Positions 37,114 to 45,792 of a stretch of 54,500 nucleotides of DNA are shown here, piece after piece (position 1 is the first letter of the stretch; every line of letters starts with the position of its first letter). Below the pieces are notes generated by a model. That model did no database searches. It was not told the DNA's origin and was given only the letters and a program-made list of their open reading frames with translations. The position numbers and the translations under genes are program-made. Origin of the DNA: an uncultured Chloroflexota bacterium. GTDB taxonomy: Bacteria > Chloroflexota > Dehalococcoidia > UBA2979. The stretch spans positions 1 to 54,500 of the forward strand of contig CAIXBH010000093.1 in NCBI GenBank assembly GCA_903917615.1, written 5' to 3'.

Positions 37114-38535
37114 TCACCGGCAGCTCGGGTTCGGTACGTCGGCCGATTCGGTGCCCTTGATCGAACACGTCACGGACTGCCCCTGCTGATTTGTCACCAC
37201 GACAGTCATGGTGACCGCGTGATCCGGGCTCGCGTGCGCGCAGCGGTCGGGAGGCTCGCTCGAGTGGCTCCACGCCACCGACGTCCCGCTCTGCGTCCAC
37301 TTCGCTACCGGCGTGCCACACGCCTCGCTCGCCACGTCCGGCGTCAGCGTCCACGTGTACTTGAGTGCTCCACCCGCGGGATCCTTGGCGGTGATCGACC
37401 AGGTGGTAACCGGCGTCACGAAGACCTTGCGCAGGTCGGACACCACGGGCGCGCCCGCAGGTGGCGCGGCACCACCGGAGACCGGACGTTCGCCCGGGGC
37501 CGCGCTGAACCCCCCGCGGAGGAATACCCCGCCGATCACCAACAGCGCACCGAGGACGACCGTCGCGACCAGCACCCACCACTGCTGCAGCATCCAGCTC
37601 CACCAGTTGACCGCGTTGAACGGGCCCGGAAACGGCGTCGTGAAGTGCTCTTCGTCCGGCGACGGCGCGCAGGGCTTCGGTGGGGTGCGCTCGACCGCGA
37701 TCGCCATCCGCTCGAGTTCCTCGGGTGCGTCGTACGTCCCGACGAGTTCCCAGCCCTCCGAGATCTTCTCGGCGTCCTCCTGCTTCATGATCTCGGCCGT
37801 GCCGACGAACGCCGCCACGGCCACCCCGCTGATGACGGCCGCGGGCACCACGACCTGCGCCGCAAACGTCACGGCGGTACCGGTGGCGCTCAACACCGTC
37901 CCCGTCGCCCCGACGACCGCCGCACTCGCATCCGCGGTCGCGATCACGGCTGTGCCAACGACGCCAGTGCCCTCGGCGATCGGAATGCCAGTGCCGGCAG
38001 CCGTCGCCATGGTCCCGCCGAGCGTCTGCAGCGCCCCGCCCGAGCCCAGCACTGCCGCGGTCGCGCCGGCCTTGCCGGGCGGCGTCCATGAGGGCTGGTT
38101 CAGCCCCACCCGCGATCCGTCGCGCACGTTGTCACCGAACGAGTTCAGGAGGTCGCCGGCGGCCTTGTTCACGTCGTTGACGAACTCGTTGTAGATCTCG
38201 AGTGTCTTGTTCACGGCCCAGTACTCCACCCAGCGCTTCCGAATGAAGTGGCGGGTGACGTACGTGCTGATCTCGAATTCCTGTTCCTCCCAGCACATGC
38301 CGTTCTTCTGGTGCCGAATCGGCATGCTCTTGCTGTTCTTCACGGTGCGGCGCTTCGCCACCGTGGGGACCTCGTCGTCCTGGAACTTATTGAACTCGCG
38401 CTTCTCGACGACGTAGTCCTTCTTGATCCAGGTCGAGGGATGCAGCAATTCGCGTTCGCCGCTGTCGCCTGCGGCGTACGAGGACACGTCGATCGCGCCC
38501 GGGCTTCTCGTCGGGTCAGTGAATGGCTCGCCCAT
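37114..38535 (-). CDS. Hypothetical membrane protein: Lys-rich lower-GC N-domain, Gly/Ala/Thr/Val-rich segment, Trp-rich TM helix, Cys-containing Ig-like (DP-x-G-x-x-L-x-Y-x-W) ectodomain
   Basis: GAGGAG RBS. TM helix WWSWMLQQWWVLVATVVLGALLVIGGVF. KDPAGGALKYTWTL motif. Four Cys in the last ~70 aa. Stop lies 7 nt before the next gene start. Confidence 0.7.
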   Translation of the reverse strand: MGEPFTDPTRSPGAIDVSSYAAGDSGERELLHPSTWIKKDYVVEKREFNKFQDDEVPTVAKRRTVKNSKSMPIRHQKNGMCWEEQEFEISTYVTRHFIRKRWVEYWAVNKTLEIYNEFVNDVNKAAGDLLNSFGDNVRDGSRVGLNQPSWTPPGKAGATAAVLGSGGALQTLGGTMATAAGTGIPIAEGTGVVGTAVIATADASAAVVGATGTVLSATGTAVTFAAQVVVPAAVISGVAVAAFVGTAEIMKQEDAEKISEGWELVGTYDAPEELERMAIAVERTPPKPCAPSPDEEHFTTPFPGPFNAVNWWSWMLQQWWVLVATVVLGALLVIGGVFLRGGFSAAPGERPVSGGAAPPAGAPVVSDLRKVFVTPVTTWSITAKDPAGGALKYTWTLTPDVASEACGTPVAKWTQSGTSVAWSHSSEPPDRCAHASPDHAVTMTVVVTNQQGQSVTCSIKGTESADVPNPSCR

Positions 38536-38572
38536 GTCACGCTCCTCGTGCAGGCGTCGGGAGGTCGCACCA

Positions 38573-38598
38573 GCGGGCGACGCTGCGGCGTCGCCCGC
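38573..38598 (-). promoter_or_regulatory. Stem-loop ~40 nt upstream of the 473-aa gene, within the 254-nt spacer
   Basis: Perfect 11-bp stem gcgggcgacgc/gcgtcgcccgc with a 4-nt loop and no U tract on the minus strand. Confidence 0.45.
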
Positions 38599-38789
38599 AC
38601 TCTAGCGCGACCGGACAGAGCATGACACGGCTCCCCCGCACGCTCGGCGAGATACGACGCTGCCCGAGGGGGCGCGGTCTCTACCGAGCACCGGCTCGGC
38701 AACACTGCGGGACTGGTGACCGCACCGCTGAGGTCAGTCGGCTCCGACGGGGCGCCTCGCGCTCGTCCTGCGGACGCTCCGGGCGTGCG

Positions 38790-39524
38790 CTAGCGCCACG
38801 CGCCTTCCTCTGCGCGCACCTTGCGCCACTCGCGCAGGGGCAGCGAGCCGTCCTTCGAGAACACGTCTCGGTAGGCCTCGCGAAACACGCGCGCCACGTA
38901 CTTGCGCTGCTCGGCCGTGAGCCGGCGAGACAACGTCCCGTCACGCTTGCGCCACTTGAGGATCACAGAATCGTCAGGACAGACCAGCACATCCACCCAC
39001 GTGCACAGCCGCTGGTACTGCGTGTTGAGCAGGATGTACGCACCCCGCTCGAGGTGGCTCGGGTAATACTTCGGCTTCACGGGAAACGCGTCGCAGGGTG
39101 ACGGACGACGAGATTGCCAGAGTCCGCAGCGCGTCGTCCCGTCTGGATGATGCTGGAGCGCCTCGCAGCGGAACGCGGGCGGGCGGTCGTTGTTCGCATC
39201 CGCCGGTCGCCATGCCCTCGCCACCCCAGAGGGCGTCAACGGAATGATCAGCGGCTGCCCGCCGTTCATCGAACGCCACTGATGCTGCGGAATGCCCCCG
39301 AACGTGTACTGGCGAAGTGGAAAGCCGATCAGGTCGGCCTCCTCAGATCCGCAGCACTGCCCGCAGAGGTTGCACTCAAGCGACTGCGCCTCAGCGAGCG
39401 TCATGTACCGGGTGCCCGGCGGCGGATCGAAATCGCCGTCTGGGGAGTAGTCGTATATCTCGGGATCGCGACGGTCCCGCGCGTTGGACAACTGCCGCAG
39501 CGTGCGGTTCAGGGTCATGGACAT
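38790..39524 (-). CDS. CxxCxxCC (YkgJ/UPF0153-type) putative Zn/Fe-chelating domain protein
   Basis: CNLCGQCC, then later FRCEALQ..., then RCGLWQSRRPSPCDAFP. This matches the family pattern C-x2-C-x2-CC ... C ... C-x-(I/L)(Y/W)-x2-RP-x2-C-x2-(F/Y)P. Confidence 0.65.
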   Translation of the reverse strand: MSMTLNRTLRQLSNARDRRDPEIYDYSPDGDFDPPPGTRYMTLAEAQSLECNLCGQCCGSEEADLIGFPLRQYTFGGIPQHQWRSMNGGQPLIIPLTPSGVARAWRPADANNDRPPAFRCEALQHHPDGTTRCGLWQSRRPSPCDAFPVKPKYYPSHLERGAYILLNTQYQRLCTWVDVLVCPDDSVILKWRKRDGTLSRRLTAEQRKYVARVFREAYRDVFSKDGSLPLREWRKVRAEEGAWR

Positions 39525-39885
39525 CTCCCGACGAGCGCGAATGAGTGATTGTGCACAGCCCTCGCCACACTGTCACGCGGGCAGCCGTCTCGCGCACGGG
39601 CGCGGGACTCGAAGTCCCAGCGTCTCGCGGTCGGAACACGACTCCATCTCCCGCGACTGCATCGCTCCGGCCAGCCGCCGCCACCGCCCTAGACGTACGA
39701 ACCACATCCGTGATACAGCGCGGTATGACCGACGGGCGCGGACCCGCGGCCTTCGCTGCGCGTCAGACGTGCAGGTAACGGAGGCACAACAGGTCGGCGC
39801 GGACGGCAGAGGCCCGACAGCGTAAGGCTGACGACCAACACCGTCCGCGAGAACGAATGCAAATTGCCCAGGCGCCGGAGGAAAC

Positions 39886-42390
39886 ATGGTTCTCGAAGGT
39901 TTGAAGGTCATCGAGCTGGGAGACGGTTTCTCCGTGCCCTTCAGCGGGCTGCAATTTGCAGACGCTGGCGCCGAGGTAATCAAGGTGGAGTCTCCCGAGG
40001 GCGATCGGACCAGAGGGATCGGCCCGTACACGGACGGTGTCAGCCATCTCTTCCTCTCCCTCAACCGAGGCAAGAAGAGCGTCGTGCTCGACCTCAAGAC
40101 GGACCAGGGGCGAGCAGCCGCGAAGCAACTGATCAGCCGCGCCGACGTCGTCCTCACGCACTTTCCTCCCGGCATCGCCGAGGCGTACGGACTGGACTAC
40201 GACAGCGTCCGGGAATCCAACCCGCGCCTGATCTACGCCTCGATGTCCGACTTCGGCAGCCACGGGCCGCTCGCTGATCGGACGGGGTCGGAGTTGTCAG
40301 CACAGGCCTTCTCCGGCATCTGGCGCTACCTCGGCGACATGACCAGCCGCGAGGCGAGAGCCGCCCTTGTCGAGCCCATCCGATCCGGCAGCTACGTCGG
40401 CAGTGCGTGGGCCGGCAGCTACCTCTTCCAGGCGGTGCTCGCCGCGCTCCTCGCCCGGACGAAGCTCGGCGTCGGACAGAAGGTGGAGGCCTCACTCGTC
40501 GGCGCCGTCGTCGCGATGATGTGCAACACCTGGCCCGTGATGAGCAACCCCGACAAGTGGATCGGGTTCGAGATCATCGGCCCGATGGACGAGGCAGATT
40601 CTGGCTCCCTCGCGAAGGACGGCCGGATCAACGGCATGATCCGGCCGAACAGGCGGGCCAACAACGCCGAGCAGATCGCGAAGTTCTATCGCGACATCGG
40701 TCTGGATCCCGACGACCCTCGACTGAACCCCCAGTCTGGCCTCAGGTTCGTCAGGGGCGAGCCGGGCTACGAGCTGATCAGCAGCGCCTACCAGAAGTTC
40801 ACGCGCGCCGAGCTGTCGAGGATGATCAACGAGGAGGTCGGCACCCAGGCCGCCCCCGTGCACACCTACTCGGAGTTCCTCGGCCACCCGCAGACGCAGT
40901 ACATGAAGGTGGCGATCGAGGTCGAGCACCCGAATGGCGGGAAGTTCGAGACCTTGAAGGCGCCGTGGGTGCTGAAGAGCACCCCGATCGTCCCCGCAGG
41001 CCGACCGCCGCTCCTCGGCGAGCACACGGCCGAAGAGCTCCGCAAGGTCGGCTTCGCCGACGGGCAGCCCACGAGCGCCGGCAACGCCGCCCCGGGCCCC
41101 GAGAAGATCGCGCCCGTCGTCCGGCCGAACAACGAGCCGGTCGGCGCGACCACGGATGGCCCCGGCCCCCTGCAAGGCATCAAGATCGTGGACTTCTCGA
41201 TGTTCGAGGTCGGCCCGTACTCGGGGTCGATCCTGGGGCAGCTTGGCGCGCACGTGATCAAGGTCGAGTCCACGGCCGGCGACTCGATCCTGATGCGGGA
41301 ACCCACCCAGAACGGGGTCCCCACCCCGTACATCGGCTTCAACCAGGGGAAGAGCCAGACCGCCGGGCTGGACCTCAAGAATCCTGCCGACTGGGAGGTC
41401 GCCGTCGCCATCATCAAGGAGGCGGACGTCCTGATCGAGAACTTCCGGCCCGGCGTCGCGGAGCGGCTCGGAATCGGCTACGAGGCCATGTCCAAGCTCA
41501 ATCCGAGGCTGGTCTACTGCTCGTCATCGGGGTACGGCCAGGAAGGCCCGATTGGGTTCTACGGCTGCGCCGACGGCTTCGCGGCGGCCTTCACCGGCTA
41601 CTACTCGGTCAGTGGGCCAAAGGGAGGCGTCGCCGAGAAGCTCCGGGTCTCGACGCAGGACGCCACGACCTCGCTGTCGATCGTCTCCGGCGCCCTGCTC
41701 GGCCTGCACGCGCGGGCCGTGACCGGGCAGGGGCAGTGGATGCAGACCTCCATGCTCGAGGCGATTTCGTTCATCCAGACCCACCGCTTCGCGGAGTACT
41801 TCTCCACGAAGGTTGATCCGGCTGGATGGGGAAGCGCGCTGCCGAACGTCGTGCCTGACCAGGCCTTCAAGACGCACGACAGCTATCTGGCGGTGAGCGC
41901 GACGAGTCAGGAGGAATGGCGGAACCTGTGCGACGCCCTCGACATGTCGTCGATGGCCTCTGACCCGAAGTTCGCAACGAACGACGACCGCGTGGCGCAC
42001 CGCGATGAGCTGGTGCAGCTCCTGAGCGAGAAGTTCGAGGCGTTCCCGTCCTGGTGGTGGTCGCTGAAGCTGCACAAGCACGGCGTGCCGTGCGGGAGGT
42101 ACATCCCCCTGGAGGAGGCCTTCTATAACGAACAGCTCAGGGAGAACAAGTACATCGTGGACGTGGATCTGCCGGTCGCAGGGAAGCTCAGCCTCGGCGG
42201 CCCTCCGTTTCAGTTCAGCAAGACGCCCGCGAAGATCGTCCGACCTTCGATTGGCGTCATTCCGACGCCGAGTTTCAACCCCGTGCACGGTCCCCTGGAC
42301 CCGGACAAGTACCCCAACGGATACCCGGGCGAGCACACCGCCCTGCTGAAGGAGCGATACCACAAGGGGATGCCGCTGTTCGCCATGTGA
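39886..42390 (+). CDS. Tandem-fused double family-III CoA-transferase (CaiB/BaiF-type), 834 aa
   Basis: LEGLKVIELGDGFSVPFSGLQFADAGAEVIKVESPEGD at the N-terminus. A second copy, LQGIKIVDFSMFEVGPYSGSILGQLGAHVIKVESTAGD, starts near nt 41170 after a Pro/Gly-rich linker. GGAGGAAAC ATG. Confidence 0.85.
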   Translation: MVLEGLKVIELGDGFSVPFSGLQFADAGAEVIKVESPEGDRTRGIGPYTDGVSHLFLSLNRGKKSVVLDLKTDQGRAAAKQLISRADVVLTHFPPGIAEAYGLDYDSVRESNPRLIYASMSDFGSHGPLADRTGSELSAQAFSGIWRYLGDMTSREARAALVEPIRSGSYVGSAWAGSYLFQAVLAALLARTKLGVGQKVEASLVGAVVAMMCNTWPVMSNPDKWIGFEIIGPMDEADSGSLAKDGRINGMIRPNRRANNAEQIAKFYRDIGLDPDDPRLNPQSGLRFVRGEPGYELISSAYQKFTRAELSRMINEEVGTQAAPVHTYSEFLGHPQTQYMKVAIEVEHPNGGKFETLKAPWVLKSTPIVPAGRPPLLGEHTAEELRKVGFADGQPTSAGNAAPGPEKIAPVVRPNNEPVGATTDGPGPLQGIKIVDFSMFEVGPYSGSILGQLGAHVIKVESTAGDSILMREPTQNGVPTPYIGFNQGKSQTAGLDLKNPADWEVAVAIIKEADVLIENFRPGVAERLGIGYEAMSKLNPRLVYCSSSGYGQEGPIGFYGCADGFAAAFTGYYSVSGPKGGVAEKLRVSTQDATTSLSIVSGALLGLHARAVTGQGQWMQTSMLEAISFIQTHRFAEYFSTKVDPAGWGSALPNVVPDQAFKTHDSYLAVSATSQEEWRNLCDALDMSSMASDPKFATNDDRVAHRDELVQLLSEKFEAFPSWWWSLKLHKHGVPCGRYIPLEEAFYNEQLRENKYIVDVDLPVAGKLSLGGPPFQFSKTPAKIVRPSIGVIPTPSFNPVHGPLDPDKYPNGYPGEHTALLKERYHKGMPLFAM

Positions 42391-42481
42391 GACGGAGCGC
42401 CGCACCGCTGGCTCCGACCGCGCGCCGGCGACCCGGCCGCCAGCGGATCGCGATCCACCGTGCGACGCCGAGCACACGCGA

Positions 42482-42507
42482 AGAGGCCCGCCATCTGGCG
42501 GGCCTCT
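42482..42507 (+). terminator. Stem-loop between convergent genes (probable terminator)
   Basis: Perfect 11-bp stem agaggcccgcc/ggcgggcctct with a 4-nt loop, followed by CTTGAT. Confidence 0.55.
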
Positions 42508-42584
42508 CTTGATCCGGCGATACGCCACGGACGGCTCGAGGCCCCCGAGTCCGCTGCTCTTGAGGTCTGAGCGCCCTCGCCGTG

Positions 42585-43727
42585 TCAGCCCGCAGGTGCC
42601 TGCCTGGCGCGTGCGATCGCCTCGTCATGTTGCTGACGCAAGACCTGCGCGCTCGCTACGGCATCTCGGTGGGACGCCTCGAGGCCAACGAGTGCGCCCT
42701 GGAAGTGCGGCATGACGTAGCGCGCGAGTAGCTCATAGCTCTTGCGCACGGCTTCGCGGTCCGCCCATTCGACCGCCTGGATCATCAGGCCACCGAAGCC
42801 GCCGCTCCGCTCCATCATCATCTCAATGAACTCGATGAGATCGTCTGGCGTGCCGACGCACCATGACCCACGCCGCACCATCTCGGGCAGAATCTCGTCC
42901 GGCGTCAGTTCGGGAGCGGGGTCGTCGTGCCCGAGCGTCTCGGTGAAGTAGCCGCGCTGGTACTGGCCGGCCTTCACGCGCGTCTGTGCGAACGCCTCTT
43001 CGCGTGTTTCGGCCAGATGGCAGTGGATCACGATGCGCCACTCGTTGCGATCCATCGTTTGACCATGTTCTGCCGCCGACTCCTCGGCGATGGCCCAGAA
43101 TTCCTGAAGCGCTGACTCTCGCTTCTCCCCCCGCGGCAGCGCGAGTGTGAGCACTGACGCGCCATGCTTGCCTGCGAGCCGCATCCCCGCCGGCGACTGA
43201 ACGGCGGCGACGGCAATGAGCGGGTGCGGCGCCGTGTACGGCCGGAGTTGCAGACGGGCGTCGCGCAGGACGAACCAGTCCGTCTCGACGGTGATCGGAT
43301 CGACCTCCGTGAAGAGTCGCAGGATGACGTCTAGCGCCTCCTCCATGCGCGGACGCTGCGTGACCGCCTCGATCCCAAGCATCGCGGCGTCAGACGACAG
43401 GGCACCCGGGCCGACGCCGAACATGACTCGCCCCCGTGTCAGGTGGTCGAGCAGCACGATGCGGTCCGCCAGAATCAGCGGGTGGTGATACGGCAGCGAC
43501 ACGACGCCCGTCCCGAGCCTGATGTGCCTTGTGCGCTCCGCGGCGACTGCAATGAACACCTCAGGGGAGGCGATCAGCTCCCACCCTGCGCTGTGGTGTT
43601 CGCCCACCCACGCTTCGTCGTAGCCCAACTGGTCGAGCCATTCGATCAGCTCAAGGTCACGATGGATCGCCAGCGTCGGGTTTTCGCCGAGCGCGTGGAA
43701 AGGTGCAAGGAAGATGCCGAATTTCAT
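42585..43727 (-). CDS. LLM-class (luciferase-like) flavin-dependent monooxygenase
   Basis: MKFGIFLAPFH...LGYDEAWVGEHH is typical of LLM/limonene-monooxygenase-like proteins. The upstream TTG extension is considered unlikely. Confidence 0.8.
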   Translation of the reverse strand: MKFGIFLAPFHALGENPTLAIHRDLELIEWLDQLGYDEAWVGEHHSAGWELIASPEVFIAVAAERTRHIRLGTGVVSLPYHHPLILADRIVLLDHLTRGRVMFGVGPGALSSDAAMLGIEAVTQRPRMEEALDVILRLFTEVDPITVETDWFVLRDARLQLRPYTAPHPLIAVAAVQSPAGMRLAGKHGASVLTLALPRGEKRESALQEFWAIAEESAAEHGQTMDRNEWRIVIHCHLAETREEAFAQTRVKAGQYQRGYFTETLGHDDPAPELTPDEILPEMVRRGSWCVGTPDDLIEFIEMMMERSGGFGGLMIQAVEWADREAVRKSYELLARYVMPHFQGALVGLEASHRDAVASAQVLRQQHDEAIARARQAPAG

Positions 43728-43905
43728 ACGTGTGGTTTGAGGCAAGGCGGGATCCCAATCTCTCGACAACTCGGGCTCGGCCGCAACCGACGTGCTCCCG
43801 AAATGGTGCCTGGTCCGCGCGGACCATCTGCCGCGGTTGCCCCATCGCCGACTGGCTCGCGACTCAGGTCGACCGCTCGGGGCCGAGGGCCCGCGGATCT
43901 GAGCA

Positions 43906-45549
43906 CTAGCTGAACTCGAAGCCCTCGTACCCCTTAGCGGCGACCTCGTCGCAGATCGCCCGATAGCGTGCCAGCCCCCCCGGATAGGGCATGAAGACGC
44001 GCGGCTTGCCCGGGATATTGGCGCCCAGGTACCAGGAGTGGTGCGCCTCGGGAAAGAGCGTTGCGGCGGCGGTCTCGTTCACGTGCTCCACCCAGCGGTC
44101 GGTCGACTCGGGCAGTGCCTCGACACGCTCGATGCCACGTTCCCTCATGTACGCGATGCAGTCGGTGATCCACTCAACGTGCTGCTCGATCGCCACAGGC
44201 ATGTTGCAGAGGACCGACGGACTCCCCGGGCCGGTCACCGTGAACATGTTCGGGAAACCCGTCACCTGGAGCCCGAGGTAGTTCCGCGGTCCCGCCTCCC
44301 ACGCTTCGGTGAGGGTGAGCCCGTCTCGACCGCGAATTCCCATGCGCGTGAGTGTGCCGGTCATCGCATCGAAGCCCGTGGCAAACACGATTACATCGAC
44401 GGGGTACTCCGCGCCGCTGCGCAGGCGGATTCCGGCGGGCGTGATCGATTCGATGGGATCCGCATGGACGTCCACGAGGGCCACGTTGTCCCGATTGAAC
44501 GTCTCGAAGTAGTCCGTATCGATCGGCGGGCGCTTGGCGGCGTACGGATGGTCGATCTTGGCGAGTATCTCGGCAGTACCAGCGTCGTTCACGATCTCGC
44601 GGATCTTGTTCATCAGGAACTCGGCAGCCGTGTCGTTGGCCTTCCGGTCGGTGAGGAGGTCACGGAACGCGGCGCGAAATCGCAGCCCACCCGTTTCCCA
44701 TGCGGCCTCATAGATCCCAAGGCGCTCTTCTGGCGACACGTCGAACACGGAGCGGTCCGCGATCGTGAACGGATGACCGTTCGTCGTGCTCCGCATGATC
44801 CGCCGGATCTCGTCGAAGTTGTCCTTCACATACTGGCGAAACTCGGGCGTCAACGGCCCGTTCCTGGCGGGCACGCTGTAGTTCGGCGTGCGCTGGAACA
44901 CCGTGAGGTGGCTCGCTGACTCGGCGATGACCGGAGCCGCCTGGATGCCGGTGGAGCCCGTCCCGATCTGCGCGACACGCTTGCCGGAGAAATCGACGCC
45001 CTCGTGCGGCCAGAGACCGGTGTGGTACCAGGCGCCGGCGAAACTCTCCAGTCCGGGAATCGCGGGCACATTGGCGGTCGAGAGGCACCCGACTGCCGTG
45101 ATCAGATACCTGGCGGTGAACCGATCGCCTGCCTCGCTGGTCACGTGCCAGACGTTGCGCGCCTCGTCATACTCGGCGGCAGCCACTCTGGTGTTGAAGC
45201 GAATGTCGCGCTTCAGGTCGAGCCGATCGGCCACGAAGTTGAGATAGCGCATGATTTCCGGCTGGCCGGGATACCGCTCTGACCACTCCCAGTCCTGCAA
45301 GAGCTCCTCAGAGAACGAGTAGCAGTAGGAATGGCTCTCAGAATCGCAGCGGGCACCCGGATAGCGGTTCCAGTACCAGGTACCGCCCACACCGTCGGCT
45401 GCCTCCAGCACCTGCACCGACAGGCCGAGTCGATCCCTCAGTGCGTGGAGCTGATAGAGACCTGAGAACCCTGCGCCGACGATCACGGCGTCGAGCACGC
45501 CGGTCGTTTCGGTATCGCCTCCTGAGGCCGTCGTCGCGATGCTGTTCAT
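43906..45549 (-). CDS. Baeyer-Villiger (type I flavin-containing) monooxygenase
   Basis: GAGFSG and GTGSTG Rossmann motifs, GGTWYWNRYPGARCD, and the BVMO fingerprint FAGAWYHTGLWP. Confidence 0.85.
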   Translation of the reverse strand: MNSIATTASGGDTETTGVLDAVIVGAGFSGLYQLHALRDRLGLSVQVLEAADGVGGTWYWNRYPGARCDSESHSYCYSFSEELLQDWEWSERYPGQPEIMRYLNFVADRLDLKRDIRFNTRVAAAEYDEARNVWHVTSEAGDRFTARYLITAVGCLSTANVPAIPGLESFAGAWYHTGLWPHEGVDFSGKRVAQIGTGSTGIQAAPVIAESASHLTVFQRTPNYSVPARNGPLTPEFRQYVKDNFDEIRRIMRSTTNGHPFTIADRSVFDVSPEERLGIYEAAWETGGLRFRAAFRDLLTDRKANDTAAEFLMNKIREIVNDAGTAEILAKIDHPYAAKRPPIDTDYFETFNRDNVALVDVHADPIESITPAGIRLRSGAEYPVDVIVFATGFDAMTGTLTRMGIRGRDGLTLTEAWEAGPRNYLGLQVTGFPNMFTVTGPGSPSVLCNMPVAIEQHVEWITDCIAYMRERGIERVEALPESTDRWVEHVNETAAATLFPEAHHSWYLGANIPGKPRVFMPYPGGLARYRAICDEVAAKGYEGFEFS

Positions 45550-45792
45550 CGGTCGCCCCCGCACGTGATGTCCCGACTTGGCGGCGGTGACCGCCGCGCT
45601 CGGACGGTATCACGACGGCCGCGGCACTCAAGCGAGCACGGCTGAGCCGCGCTGACATCCATGCGTCCGTTCGCCTCGGCGAGGCCGCACGCGGGAGGGT
45701 GTACGTGACCGCGCGTGCAGCGGAGGGCGACGGCTGCAAGCGGCCCAAGGCGACCCCACCGGGACACACCCGGGTCGTCACTCGTGCGCGTC

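Noticed and set aside
43811-43826. Perfect 16-bp palindrome tggtccgcgcggacca between the BVMO stop and the LLM start.
   Set aside because: It could be an operator or a weak hairpin, but it is short, very GC-rich and isolated. I cannot separate it from chance without genome-wide statistics.
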